Assembly: GCA_022710715.1 (NCBI GenBank)
Contig: JAKLGJ010000003.1
Span: forward strand, 89,083-153,082
Source: Candidatus Omnitrophota bacterium
GTDB lineage: Bacteria > Omnitrophota > Gorgyraeia > Gygaellales > Profunditerraquicolaceae
Length of the DNA stretch: 64,000 nt
Reading direction: 5' to 3'
In this document: positions 48,901 through 59,300 of the stretch, one piece after another
Layout of the letters: every line of letters starts with the position of its first letter
Position numbering within the stretch: position 1 is the stretch's first letter
Translations under genes and position numbers: made by a program
Notes under the pieces: model-generated
Told to the model about the DNA's origin: nothing
Database searches by the model: none
What the model saw: the letters and a program-made list of their open reading frames with translations, nothing else

Positions 48901-51900
48901 GGACTGCTCGTCAGACTTCTCCTCCGGCGGGGCCAGGAACTTAACCGTCACCCGGTACTTGCTGGTCGGCGAGCTTATCTTGAACGTTCCTGCCGGCGAT
49001 ATCAGGATCAGGTTATCAGAGCCTTCTTCCAGATAAATCTTCCAATCGCCGGTATAGCTGATCTGAAAAGGAACGACATATTCTCTCTGGACCTTGTCGG
49101 TTTCGGTAATCTTCGTTTGCTTGACTTTATTCAGAGAAGAAATGATCAGCGTCTTTTTACCGTTATCCCTGTACCAGACAATAGTCCCATGCTTACGGAA
49201 AGGCACAACCAGCAGATCAGCGCGCACCGCCTTGTATAACTCATCCAGCGCTTTGCCTTCCGCGCTATTGCCCTCCGAGCTATTTTCGAATTTTTTCGCC
49301 CGGATAGCCAGACCGCGCAGAACGTCGGCTGCGCGTATTGCATCTTCGCGACTATCCACCTCCGCCAGCTTGATCTCCTGCGCCTGCGTCGCATCATCCC
49401 CGCCGTCGTTACCGGCAGCATCATCGGCAGACGCGTCTTCTGCAGTCTTCAACATCAGGGCAATACCGCGCGCGCCTATCATCGGGTCGGATTCACCGGT
49501 CAAAGTACCCATTGTAAGCATGGACCTATATTCATCGGACTTGACAGGTTCCCGATACTGCGCATGATCAACGTGAACCATAAGAAACGGCGCCAGGGCG
49601 TTCGCTTTCCGGTCTATCCCCGTGATCGCTTTAAACACGTTGTCGTAAATCGATTTGCTGTCGAGGAACGCATACAGAATAGAATACAGCTTCATTTGTT
49701 CCCGCGGAGACCAGTTTTCGTTCACCACTTCATTCCACGTCTTCCCATAGGTGATAGCTTCCGCTGCAAAAAATATCTTGATCCGCTGGCGGATAGTCAA
49801 CCCGTCTTTTACCATTAATCCGCCATCCATACCCCTGAACGAACCGGGACCGTCTCCCCGCGCCGGCGGCTCCACTTCGCCCATGGTCCGCAGCACCTCG
49901 ATGGCGTCGCGCAGTTCCATAGCATAGATCTCTGAGCTACGCTGCGCAACATCCTGCGGTTCCACCTCAACGGCCAGAATATCCCTTCCACGATGGATCA
50001 CCGGCAACCCGTCTTCGTCAGTCTGGCTACCGCTGATATACAATCGCTCCGGCATCAATTCGAGGTATGGCGTGATCGCGGTGCGCTTGAATGCCGGCTG
50101 CATCTTGATCTGCGCAGCGACCTGCTGCAGCTGGAGATACTCCCGCGCGCCCGACTGCTCGCCACCGCGCACTTTGGCCAGGCCCCAGTCCCACAAAGCC
50201 ATCGCCCAGCGGTCATACAGCGAGACCTCGCTTGCCAGTTGTCCGCCGTCGTTGTCCGTTTCGCGCGCCGGGATCTCCATGCCCACAATCCCGCCGACTG
50301 CGCCGGTAGACTTGCGCTCATGACCGGCCAGATAAAAAATATGGCTGCGCGGCTGCTCTTCTCCGGCATATTTCCCGAAGAAGCCGTTGTTGGTATAGCT
50401 GGTCCTGTTAGAAAGAATTACTTCTTTTCTCTGGCCGTTCTTGAACACCACGGTAACCGGAATGCCGTACCTGCTCACCAGGCCGATGTCTTCAGCGACC
50501 AGATCTTTTTCCGCAAACGTATCGACCTTATTCAGAAGGTCCTGAACGGAATAACTCCTCGGCCGCAGCAATTCGACCGCCTGCTGCAGGACAAACTGCT
50601 GGCGCTGGCTCATGCCGCCTTTTTTGAGCATCCGCTCATATTCTTCTACCGCCGCAGGTTTATACAATGCCAGGTCGATCAGCCGGTGGATCACGGTCAA
50701 TTCCTTGCCCTCGCTGTAATGCTTGCGCATGGATTTATACATTTCCCGGTCGCTGAAATGCAAAGTGCCGAATTCCCTGTCCAGTTCTTCTTCCGCCGCA
50801 TCGAATATTATATCGATACGGTCTTTGATCGTTCCCCCGTCGTTATCGGCGTCGCGCGCCGGGATCTCCATGCCTACGACCCCGCCGATCGCGTCGGTTT
50901 CCCCTTTGAAAGGCTTGCCTCTCCAGTACAACAGCATCATCCTGTCGTGCTCATCTCCGGCGTACTTCACATAGAACTTACCGTTGCTCAACCATTCCGG
51001 CCCGTGATCATAATGGCTGTTGTACAGAAACACTTCCTGCCTCTTGCCGTTCTTGAAAATGACCGTAACCGGAATACCGTAATCGCGCACCATACCCAGG
51101 TGATCGGCCATTTCCCGCGATATTTCTTTCTTGCTGAAATCCACTTTCCCGTACACCCGCGGAGTCAAAAGATCAACTACTTTGGTTAATGCCGCCCGGT
51201 CGCGCTTATTCGTCCCGGGATCAGCCAGCAACTCTTTGTAGAGGTCCAGCGCTTCCGGGATAATGATACCCATGGTCACCAGCTCACCGATAAGCAAGCG
51301 TTCGATCTTATCCCGGTACTCGTCAGACAAACTCATATAGAAATATTTTTCCCGGTTATGCAAATTATTGTACTCCTGCGCAAATTCCTTATCCGCGGCT
51401 TCGAATACGCGCCGCACCCGGTCGCGCATCCGCTGCCGAATCGTCCCCCCGTCGCTGGCCTCCGAATTGAGGACTTGCTCGGCCGTCGCGTTAGTTTTCG
51501 CCATCTGATAGGTAAAAATAGCCGGCAGCCAGGCAAAAAATGCGGTGGCGGCGAGGCCAATTTCCAGGCTGTGAGTGAACAAACCGCCAAAAATTCCGCC
51601 TATAGCGATGAACAATCCACCTATGATCATGCCTATGGCCATCATCCAGTTTTTGGCCCAGTAGAAATTACTCTTACCGCGGGATCTGGAGTAAGAATCA
51701 CCGGCGGTATCGGTATAAGCGTTCAACCCACCCACCAGGTCAGGCGCATGTAAAATTGACGATATCAAATAGAACATTCCAGGATACAAGCCGAGAATGC
51801 TGGCTGTGATAAAATCCGTAAATATTTTAGTCGTGGCCAATGACGGCACAGCCAGCATACTTACCACCAGTGCAACCGGCAGAACAAAATAAATCAGCGG

Positions 51901-53172
51901 ATACAGGTAATACAGCCTGGAGAGCGTTTTAGCTTGCGCCTTCAGGTCGTCCATTGTCGGCTTTTCTTTGCCGCCGTCCGGAGTCTCCTCTTCGCCGGTA
52001 ACTTCCTTGAGCACAGAGCCGTCGCGGCTGACTTCCATCAGATTATCTTTCAGTATTTCGACCTCTCCGGCCGATGCGCTCGCAGGATTCGCCTGCCCTA
52101 TGCCGGGCAATGCGTTCTGCCCTGCCCGCAGGCTCACGCCGCCGCTGAAGTACTGCCGCACAACCATTCCCCTGCCGGTGCTGACGGTTTCGCTTAAATT
52201 GTATTCGCCCTGCTCAAACGATTTCTTGTAATCGCGGTAATACTGCTCTTTCGACCAGGCCTTATGAGAAATCACGCCTTCGAGATTCCGGCTGTCGATA
52301 CGCGAGATATACCCTTGCGCGCCTTCCAGCTGCGTCTGCGCACCACCCGGTCGCGCCCCGTAACGCTGCTTGAACCATTGCGCCAGGATCAAAGCATAAT
52401 ACACCTGGCGTAACCCCGCGTACTTGCGTGAAGAATTGACTTCGCGGGTCAATTTCGGCAGGATCTCCTCGCGGATGATCGCCGAGGAATATTCGTTAAG
52501 CTGCTTCAAACGCGGATCATCGAATTGATACTGCGTGCCGGCGATCCAATCCTGCTCGAGCATGACTTTCAGCGATGCTTTAAAAATATACGCGCTGGTC
52601 TGATTCTCGCGCACCAGTATCTCGCCCGGAACGATCCAGGGCCGGGTAATGGTGGGAATGCTGACTTGCTGAGCGCCGAACAGCTCTTCGGCTTTTCCAT
52701 ACAGCTTATTCCAGTAATTCCTTCCCTCGCTGGTCTTAGGCGAAGTGAATCTGGCCATATCCTTCTTCAACTGCAGGTCGGCTGCCAGAAGGATGCGCCC
52801 GGCGTCAGTCTGCGCCAGATACGGATCGATAACCTGATCCGCGTTATCCGGCCGCAAATTCACCCAGAAGGACGTATTCGGCAGAGCCAGACCGATAGTG
52901 AAGAATTTCATCAGCTCATCGGTTGCCAGCTTGACCTCTTTAGGCTTGAGCTTGCGCGCGTCACCTTTGTCCAGCACGAGATTGAAATCGTGTTTGACCT
53001 CATCGAAGCGCAGGCTGCGCAACTGCACCGGCCGGAATCTATCCGGCGCGACGTACCCGTTGATATACGCGGGCACAGGCATCTGCGGCGCGACCTGGGC
53101 AAAACCGGATTGCTCCAGGACCAAAGCCAGTACCAGGGTGATGGCGATTGTGCGATTGATCATCTTGAACAT
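42916..53172 (-). CDS. Giant modular membrane/surface protein B1 (3418 aa). It has a conserved family B N-terminal domain, internal TM clusters, three DGG-bounded repeats of about 200 aa, two CheY-like receiver domains and a conserved family B C-terminal domain.
   Basis: AAAAGGAG RBS. Signal peptide MFKMINRTIAITLVLALVLEQSGFA. The N-terminal domain at about 52120-53172 is roughly 75-80% identical to that of B2. A four-helix TM cluster spans aa 417-556, about 51505-51924. Tandem repeats are at 50245-51453, with a third copy at 48265-48888. A second TM cluster and the block shared with B2 are at about 45840-47400. REC domains are at about 44330-45470. The C-terminal domain at 42916-43233 is shared with B2 and B3. 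Confidence 0.8.
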   Translation of the reverse strand: MFKMINRTIAITLVLALVLEQSGFAQVAPQMPVPAYINGYVAPDRFRPVQLRSLRFDEVKHDFNLVLDKGDARKLKPKEVKLATDELMKFFTIGLALPNTSFWVNLRPDNADQVIDPYLAQTDAGRILLAADLQLKKDMARFTSPKTSEGRNYWNKLYGKAEELFGAQQVSIPTITRPWIVPGEILVRENQTSAYIFKASLKVMLEQDWIAGTQYQFDDPRLKQLNEYSSAIIREEILPKLTREVNSSRKYAGLRQVYYALILAQWFKQRYGARPGGAQTQLEGAQGYISRIDSRNLEGVISHKAWSKEQYYRDYKKSFEQGEYNLSETVSTGRGMVVRQYFSGGVSLRAGQNALPGIGQANPASASAGEVEILKDNLMEVSRDGSVLKEVTGEEETPDGGKEKPTMDDLKAQAKTLSRLYYLYPLIYFVLPVALVVSMLAVPSLATTKIFTDFITASILGLYPGMFYLISSILHAPDLVGGLNAYTDTAGDSYSRSRGKSNFYWAKNWMMAIGMIIGGLFIAIGGIFGGLFTHSLEIGLAATAFFAWLPAIFTYQMAKTNATAEQVLNSEASDGGTIRQRMRDRVRRVFEAADKEFAQEYNNLHNREKYFYMSLSDEYRDKIERLLIGELVTMGIIIPEALDLYKELLADPGTNKRDRAALTKVVDLLTPRVYGKVDFSKKEISREMADHLGMVRDYGIPVTVIFKNGKRQEVFLYNSHYDHGPEWLSNGKFYVKYAGDEHDRMMLLYWRGKPFKGETDAIGGVVGMEIPARDADNDGGTIKDRIDIIFDAAEEELDREFGTLHFSDREMYKSMRKHYSEGKELTVIHRLIDLALYKPAAVEEYERMLKKGGMSQRQQFVLQQAVELLRPRSYSVQDLLNKVDTFAEKDLVAEDIGLVSRYGIPVTVVFKNGQRKEVILSNRTSYTNNGFFGKYAGEEQPRSHIFYLAGHERKSTGAVGGIVGMEIPARETDNDGGQLASEVSLYDRWAMALWDWGLAKVRGGEQSGAREYLQLQQVAAQIKMQPAFKRTAITPYLELMPERLYISGSQTDEDGLPVIHRGRDILAVEVEPQDVAQRSSEIYAMELRDAIEVLRTMGEVEPPARGDGPGSFRGMDGGLMVKDGLTIRQRIKIFFAAEAITYGKTWNEVVNENWSPREQMKLYSILYAFLDSKSIYDNVFKAITGIDRKANALAPFLMVHVDHAQYREPVKSDEYRSMLTMGTLTGESDPMIGARGIALMLKTAEDASADDAAGNDGGDDATQAQEIKLAEVDSREDAIRAADVLRGLAIRAKKFENSSEGNSAEGKALDELYKAVRADLLVVPFRKHGTIVWYRDNGKKTLIISSLNKVKQTKITETDKVQREYVVPFQISYTGDWKIYLEEGSDNLILISPAGTFKISSPTSKYRVTVKFLAPPEEKSDEQSAEVNDGGSLQDRIDSAFEAAERDVRERYDHLHFGDKWDFIDRTDSYDAETFRTLIHRLVELAMFRPAAVKIYETMAENPELEKRQRSSLTAVIKLMSPRTYTKRALLKKSDWDKISLDFKSVALYGVPVTVVLNNGQRMEVILANDEYSSGSRYISDGYIRGRLTGESYRSYARSFYWAGKVNRTKDVVTGVTRIEIPASMTDAVDPQAVDGGTLKASSITITSETRKRWNALTDELERLFILLQSNASRESDVVGQIDQAAQGARNYLTAKKYTDQELSEYVAFAQKRQDRAKYSIPGLIGLGVLGSAGFVMFIAHPLGLVAAVGAVTAFGLAAYVRWQKEVLGHARSIGTLILNKGGINPDPAWRDYSNDAFSQAMVISAVKGIKRAMDEAGVKDIVELAEKFAREKDGRIVDEADERTSDGGNRRVYAQMKAIMSVYNFDEGYYDRHKLKEPSREAYYADILRRDREKMEREFRFLVNKLKQEPGAIERYAGFLRTREMLWSGFAAAPVIASGGLIGAVLVGMISPIMGVLGVVLGLCVAGIVYLGGYLTVERVNDQFKKTRAEVEGEVQDGGKEETLKKIQENKLIEEQFTGIDAKADKYPAHEVYKTVFDMQRKGLNSARSLTALRALFAEARKKSMLALGMYTTIAGAGAFLLLTATTIGSLITGVPLVLVGAYSLFTGAKRYLALDAFVREIGTNLFLDQTLDRNSRPVNEVIKELRSIPEKDLDIVTVNEVLFRNQMDNLPDVELLEYIMGKRIFPATSIYGFGFVAIPALIIMQFLGVATAVYFGVFAGIVGVFLAGRYVNHKINQKLPDIMSMLKRDYSIGSFQADEEEKEDRLTLEQPGAILNRASFLLPVEFMSPLLYTNKVNVIDELESILAKNGIKDPVISVKKAKEYAGKDQTIDWSKLKKGDNIFINVYTDEAVNRDTRQEIRFALLHELENLGVLTMNGYSWMQAEVNGGEVYDTAAIVDRDGKDIGLWLVIVGKDGLDPNGQYKGNERVIPAADDVFLVGSLDGGKNYARWQQILLKEKERLADMEVQRMRGGVRDAGLARRMKLSKAKIKSLEHKLFQRQNVLEEFAAGQSALDGLAVAEIPGDGGARAKEIKDAYTLAMQTRNQREYDRLSFSLIELVKKDVREYARDKRILVVDDEKAMRELVSIMYRSLGFSDIETAGNPVEALEKYREAIAQGRAFDLVSTDHSMPFSAEHLEKDGLWLADQIQQVNKGQGIDIPIIWTSGADPEESGAEAAKSRGMIAAIVSKPRMEITIPMVVRDLAEAAGFVFEEEMSTGEKIVSGIKTAFAAGADRLTGEARRLSHSGATVPVTLDKAIAAVEQSRKTTSYMYRPLVETVLVPLVAEKIGEQIRDKKVLVVIDEIDWQIGIEQLLAGIGVKPENIFVAGDAYTAFGLYQAVTQERGGIDIVISDNDFPMGGTWKQFERFGLDRNEAEFTRAMREDEFWEKFDELMPKLIKENGSWFVRQLDKLDRANGRERRPLKFMVAAGPDEAEVQEAKTSGLVDDVVSMAGYELDLCKVLAAVDWKRQVATTESTDGGKKESSYAVFKSVFEGLKGLKQSAGVLKKNGRLILQLAGAGLGPNDINEIVVAVEAMHPEEGAQMREAVIKLLPVMRRNGINAVMTNNILESIFRGTLERSFSVREAEAFSAELVQLIPLMTEAGFKPGMAYPLSLNIDANIFRLSGTRRRAETARMMVAVFSAAKNHPEVNLASEAMSTVVYEALCNDFNADVVNQQLVGDSGKERFFAIAAFEQALNKREENHLGKLIKVEGGLQAANELMLQGKAAGIEEYSIYKMIAPLAYYGRRSEFVMRELAGLSWNQPFFPMLVALIDSGKSREEILDEYVRLAVEKALLNGGLPVENAQAPADLGGIDMRALPVQSLPAVAPIDAAAAGALAGLSLAELDQRWADIRKTMAKGEMPCREMKELLVACAGRQDALKQKKQVVDCVSAILEMEEERAISTPSDLKELIALL
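44330..45470 (-). other. Two CheY-like receiver (REC) domains embedded in giant protein B1
   Basis: REC1 is KRILVVDDEKAMREL...FDLVSTDHSMP...IIWTSG...AAIVSKP, which carries the acidic pair, the phospho-acceptor Asp, Thr/Ser and Lys signatures. REC2 is KKVLVVIDEIDWQ...IDIVISDNDFP...FMVAAGP. I located the DNA by reverse-translating LVVDDE at about 45440 and LVVIDEIDW at about 44745. Confidence 0.55.
50245..51453 (-). repeat. Tandem duplication of an in-frame coding module of about 200 aa (about 600 nt) inside B1. A third diverged copy is at 48265-48888.
   Basis: Each copy starts with DGG(T/S)hxxRID. It contains hLHFxD, RLhxLAhaKPAAV, YG(I/V)PVTV(I/V)FKNG(Q/K)RxEV(I/F)L and GMEIPAR, and ends at the next DGG. 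I counted residues 574-777 and 778-976 of the translation, and 1429-1636 for the third copy. Confidence 0.65.
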
Positions 53173-53228
53173 CTTTTACTCCTTTTTAAAGTTTCAATTA
53201 AGTGAAAATAAAAAACGCCGCGATCTTT

Positions 53229-53251
53229 TTAGAACCGTGGCGTAATTCTAA
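53229..53251. promoter_or_regulatory. Palindromic site TTAGAA-CCGTGGCGTAA-TTCTAA, about 60 nt upstream of the B1 start codon
   Basis: Its counterpart upstream of B2 at 62565-62589 reads TTAAGAA-CCGTGGCGTAA-TTCTTAA. The spacer is identical and the arms carry compensatory changes. Confidence 0.5.
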
Positions 53252-53324
53252 CAGAAAATTTGTTCCTGTGTTTGAAAACGCTTTCAGCTTTTTATATAAA
53301 TAAGTATACCCTATAAAAAGCTAA

Positions 53325-53377
53325 TTTTCAAGTGGTGGGCGCTCCCTTATCCCCTTGTCGCACAAGGCTTAAGGGAA
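53325..53377 (-). terminator. GC-rich hairpin just downstream of the B2 stop, a putative terminator or 3' stabiliser
   Basis: GGTGGGCG...CCTTGTCGCACAAGG...CGCCCACC, an imperfect dyad. On the minus strand it is followed by a moderately T-rich run (TTGAAAATTAGCTTTTTATAGG). Confidence 0.4.
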
Positions 53378-53396
53378 ACGCCCACCTGTCTCCCAT

Positions 53397-56300
53397 TTAT
53401 GATATTGCCAGTTGGATAATTTCCTTCATTTCACCGGCAGTAGGAAGCGCACGCTCCTCTTCCATTTCCAGTATCTGCTTGATGAACAATACCGCTGTAT
53501 GCATCTGCTGCGTTGCATCTGCGCGGGCATTACATACCGCGACGAATTCTTTCAGCTCCCGGTACGGCATGGAGCCGGATTTCACTTTCTCCTGAATGTT
53601 CAACCATTTGGCGTCTAGTTCGGCCAGCGGCATCTTCATCGCCTGCGGCATTGACTGCAGGATCTGCGCCGGATTGACCGCGCCGATCACCGCCTGCGAC
53701 TGGATCGGCAGAGCCCGGAAATCCACGCCGCCGGTGTTATCAGGCGTCTTCTTGGCAGCGGCAGCGTCCGCTACTGCCTGCGCCGGGCCGGATTTCAGCA
53801 GCGATTTAAGCTTTTCAATGATCGCCGTAAATCTGCCGCCGTCATTTTCTCCCAACTCATTGAACAAAACCTTTTTAGCAGGTTCATTCAACTTGTCGAT
53901 ATTTTCTTCGATCAGCGCATACACAAAAGGCTGGTCTCCGGCCGCTTCCAATCCTCTTTCGGCGATTATCTTCTCTTCCGCCTTTGCGATATGCACTAAA
54001 GCTTCGGCCGTCTCGTCAAGATCATACCGGCCGTCTTCGAGTATACGCCAGAGAGCTCTGGCTTTGAGAATATCCTTCCCGTTATCGTTATAGTCCCAAA
54101 GAAGTTCCGCAATTTCCTGAACATTATTTTTCGTTTTTATCCCGGCCTGATCCATCACCAGCAGCAAAGCGACTTGAGCTTTGATGCTGAACGGGGCAAT
54201 TTTACCCAACGCTGTTATCGCTTCAGAAACTCTCTTTACTTCGCCCGATTCAGGAATATAATCCTGCTCTCTGCTGAAACGGGTCAAAAGCATCGGCACG
54301 TACAAAGTGAGACCAAGCTTCTCCTGGACGATTTTACGGCTGACGTCCTGACTGTCTGTTCTGATTATCCTGCTATTGATCAAACCTAAGGTCACTCTGG
54401 CGGGTTCGCTTGAGGCAAACTCGTCAAGTCCGGTCACGGCGTCGATACGCTGTTTCAATGCCCCGTCGGCCTCGATGTCAATGAACAGACGGAGCATCCC
54501 GATGGTGAAAATGATCTTATTCTTCACATATTCTCTGGCAAAAGGATCTTTATTTTCGATCCCTTCCATCAGATTTGCCAGATACTGCGCATACTGTTTG
54601 TTTTCCAGCATATAATTCATATCTTCAATTTCGGCAATGAGAGGCTCGCCGACTAACGTGCGAAGCTTGATCGAGATATTTTCGTTAACCAGCGGATCTT
54701 TTCCGCCGTCGAGGTCGTCCAGGTCCAATCTGGCAATAGCATTACGGTACACAGCTTGCACTGCTTCGTAATTACTGCTGCTATTTTCTATGACGTCGAT
54801 TTCCTCTCTGATGTTTCGCATCTGGCCCGCAGTCCTGTTCGCGAGCGACATACTGCCATACATCGGCATGTTTCGCAAAGACCGATAATTCGCCCGCAGT
54901 TTTTCAGTTTTCTTATTTGCATCATCAAGGGCGCCGTCTATATTCTTAATCATCTGTGTGAAGAAAATCTTCAATCCCGCGCTGTCCCTGCTTTCTACAA
55001 ATTGTCTTACTTCCCTCAAATCGACCGTGCCGTTTGACCCCTCTTTCATTTCCTCAACGATTTCGGCCTTGAATCGATCGATCTTCAGGTCATGCGCCAG
55101 CGCATCCGCGAAGGCCTTGAGCGCTGCATTGGTCTCAAGAGGATTGTTGGATTCGGCAAAGAATGCATCGTCTTCCACTATGCCCGCGTTGATCAATCTT
55201 ACCAGTTCTTCAGCAACCGCCTCGCGGATTCTCTGCGCATCCCGCGCCTCATCCGGATCATTGATCAACTGGTAGAACGTTGACAACGCCGGACCATTGA
55301 TCGACTTTTCACTTCTGAATATCGTTCCCAAAGCCCGCACTATGGTTTCCCTTAAAGAAACGTGGGCGGCCGATTTTGAACCCAACAACAAAGCTGTGAT
55401 CATTTCAGCTTTCCGTTGGTCGTTAGCTTTCACCAAAGTAACCATATCATTAACCGTCTCGGTCAAATCGGATATCGTACTATTCTTGCTGGCGAATCTA
55501 GTCAGCGCTATGCTTGAATTCAATGCTAAAGAATCGATAACAGCCGGATTCACGGCTTTCAACGTTTCGCGCAAACCTGTCAGAAAAGCAATGTTATTCA
55601 TTAACCCTTCATAAACAACTGCCTTTTCAAGAATGGAATAATCATTGTTTGCTACGGCGATCATCGTTAGCGCTTCCGCAGCAATAGCTGTTTCCCCCTG
55701 CGAGCTGCGATCAAAGTTCGCGATGATGAAATCAGCTGCCGGGAGATAACCCAATTTACCGAGTTGCTGAATAATTTCAATCTTTTCTTCGAAATCCATC
55801 TTTCCATAAGCATTGAACTGCTTGGTGAGCTCCTGGAACCTTGCCATTTGGACCCGCCGCTCTTTGGTCAACCCGCCGTCAGAGACCTCGCCATTGATCT
55901 CGTCAAGTTCAGCCAGGGCCAGTTCGGCCTGCTTGCGCACTGCCATGGACTCCTGGTCATTTTCGTTGTAATTATTATTCAGAACATCATGCAGAACATC
56001 TCTGGCGTACTGCGTGTTGATCCGTTTTAACGCCCAGATCGCTTCCCGCTTGACTTCGAGAGACGCGATAGCGCCTTTACTCAAGATCGCCGCCAGGCTC
56101 TGAACAGCCGCCACAGGCTCGAACCGGAACAGATCAGCCACAGCCCGGATCGCGGTAATGCGCGTTCTTTCCGCTCTGGGATCCGCCCTGTAGGTCTCTC
56201 CCTGTCTCACCTGCATCGCCGCAATCACCGCCCGCAGAACATCAACATTGCCGACTTCAGTCAGCTTCTGGATCGCTGCCCTGCGCAACCCCGTAGACTT

Positions 56301-59300
56301 GTTCTGCAGAACATCCAGCATCGCGTACATAACTATTTCAATATCACCGCTGTAGTCCTTTAAGATGTTAACGATATTAAGCTTATCGTGAAATTCTCCT
56401 AATGTTGCATTGCGCTGATTAAGCTCCTGATTATAGAATCTGATCTCGACATCCTGGACCTTCGTTCCTCCGTCAAAAACGTCCGCGTCCTGTTCAATCG
56501 CCGAAGCTAAAATCGTGAATAAAGCAGCAACTGCAGCTTCTTTGGCTGCTTCATTTTCGTTATTACTGCCTATTATCCTGACCATCGACATGGCTTCATC
56601 TAGATTACTATCCACTGCGGTCTTTTCACAGGCTCGCGTGACCAGGGAAAAAGCGCCCCAGGTGTAATCTGTCCTCCAATGGCTCCAGGCAATCAAACCT
56701 ATACCCATAAAAGCAAACTCTGGTTCAACCGGCCCCATCCGGGTATACAGATCGGCAAACTCCGAGAGGCCCATTTTAAGTTCGGGAGTCACTTCCACCT
56801 TGGACTTCCCCGAGGCAACATCCCGGAGAAATACTGCAAACTCCCTGGCTTCTTTCTGCACATCGCCTATCGTGCCTTCATCAGCCGCTCTAATATCGTC
56901 AATGCTTAAATATCTAAAATAAGTCTTCGAATTCTGCTTTTTTAAATTCTCGATTATCGTTTTATTGGTAGTGCGCAACGCATAGTCCGCATTATCAGAC
57001 AGTCGTCTGATTGCCAGATCAAGAACTCTGTCGTCTGCGATATCTCCCACAAAAGCATCGTAATTATTCTCGATCAGCTTGATATCATCGCGGAACATCC
57101 TGGTGATGCCTGCGTAGTGTGACGACGCTTGTCCATCTCCTTGAGCGATGAACTGAATAATCCGCAGGCCTCTTTCCATCTGGGGTATCAATTCCCTCAC
57201 GACCTTAGCGCTGCCGCCGTCGGCTACGGCTTCAGGCTGCACGGGTAAGCGAACGGTCTCCAGATCCCTGGCGAAACGATTGAGGTTTTTAATATTTTCA
57301 TTGAGCGTAGCTATACGCGGTTCAAACGTTCTCACCTGCTCCAACTGATCGTTTCGCTGATGAATATAGGGCGCCCACTCTTTAACCTGTTTATCAGACG
57401 GTCTTTCGCCACGCCAAGCAGCTTCAATACTATCGGCAATACGCTTATTCTCCTGGGCCGACAATAACAGTTGCTGTTTGTGCTGAATCGTGAGATCCAA
57501 TTCATCCTGCAAAGTCTGAATAAGCTCGTCTACGAAATTGATAAGCGCCTTCTGGTTCTTGATTCCTTTCAATTCGGCACGCTGATCGGCGGTAAATTCG
57601 ACGGCCTCTTCGATCCGGCCGGCGAATTTCTGCACCTCGCTCTTAGCGTCGAAGATCAACCCGAATTCAGCTGCTTTAAGGATGTCCAACGTTAAATCCT
57701 GCAACGCCAGATCCCCGTGTTTAACCGCAATGCTCTTTATAATTTCTTCTTTATCAGACGGGAAATATACATTCAAACCGTTGGTCCAGGCCAGATAACG
57801 GATATGCTGCTCAATATCCGCATCTTTATCCTTCACCCGTATCGTCTGGAGATTAGGCTTAACCGCCCTTCCTTCCCACAACGAGAGCTCCCAGGCATAC
57901 TTACCGGTCAACAAATCCGGCAACTCGCGAAAATAATACGGAGATTCCCAATCATGCTTGCCGCCGTCATTGAGCTCCGAAACATGCACGACTTCGCCTG
58001 TGTTTCCCACACTTCCGTAGTATACCTGCCCTTCGAGATTATTCTTGGGTAAACCCAGCTGGTTGGCGCGATCCATATATATTGCCGCCAGCATACTTGC
58101 TTCTTGATTAACACTCGAACTGAAAAGCGCGTCCTTAACGCCCATTCCAAAGACTTCTTCGAACGTTCCTTGAATTGTTATCTGCACATCCTGGGCTACT
58201 TCGTGAAAATAGTTGGTTTCTTTGACCGTAAACGTTTTGCCTTTCAGATTCGCCGGCTTGCTCGCATTCTCTCTGCCTTTACCGAATTTGGCAAATTCAA
58301 CCGCGCTGTCCTCCTTAGCCCAGGACAGCGGTTTGCTGATATCATCTTCCGAGACCATATCCGGCTTACCGAACACCTTGAACTCCACCGGCTCGGTGCT
58401 TTTCGCTGCATCTAAAGTCAGTTGGGGAATCGAAGTCCACGCATCTTCAATAGTATCGCCCATCAGCCGTATTGACTGAATAGTATCTTTATAGATCGGC
58501 GCGAACTCGTCGCTGTCAAGATCCTTGACATACAGCCAGAACGGAAAATAATCGTTGTTCAAATATTCGAATTTACAATCCCACTCGACGCCGTCCTTGA
58601 AAACGACAGTGATCTTTTGCCCCTTGAAAGGCTCAACCAGTTTAGCCTGGACGGCCAATCCGAAATTCTCCATTGACAGCCCTGTCCGCAATCCCGATTG
58701 CAACTCCTGGACGGAAGGCAAGCCGGCTTTTTTGACCAGGCGGTCAAGGAAAAACCGGTACATTTTATTGCTTAGTACGATCGCGATCACACCCGCGCCC
58801 ATTGCCGCTGCGAAAGCCAAAGCGAATCCAAACGGCATAAGCGCCGCGCCAAGCACTATAATCGTCGCCGTAGAAACGGCCGCCGAATACTTGATCGCTT
58901 TATCTTTCAGATCTGCGAGTTGAGAATCCGAAAGCTTATCCTTCAAATTCCCGCCGTCTCCGGTTTCCATTCCGTCATTCCTCAGCGAGGTTTCCGGCGC
59001 ATAATTATCTATTATTTTGTCTGTTACCCCCAACAATCCGGTAAATACAACCCCACCCAGGACAATTCCCATCGCATATTGAGCCAAGCTAATATTCGGG
59101 TTAGCGATCATCATATTACCGGCCAAGAATGAGCCAAGGATCATCCGTCCCGGGAAAGTCAACACCAAATAGTCGGTAATCTGACGCACTATTTCCTTAC
59201 TTACTATTTTAGTCGCCATCCATATCAATGCGTCATATGCGAGGCCGCCCACGATACTGCCCATCGCATAGTGCGCGAGAGTATTTGTCGGATCAGTGAT

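Noticed and set aside
8959-51189. Long plus-strand ORFs inside the giant minus-strand genes, for example 8959-10155, 10729-11514, 12298-13377, 26795-27748, 33612-35405, 48277-49239 and 49993-51189
   Set aside because: They are all antisense to the continuous giant reading frames. Their translations are Arg/His/Gln-rich with no motifs. These are typical spurious ORFs on the non-coding strand of GC-rich genes.
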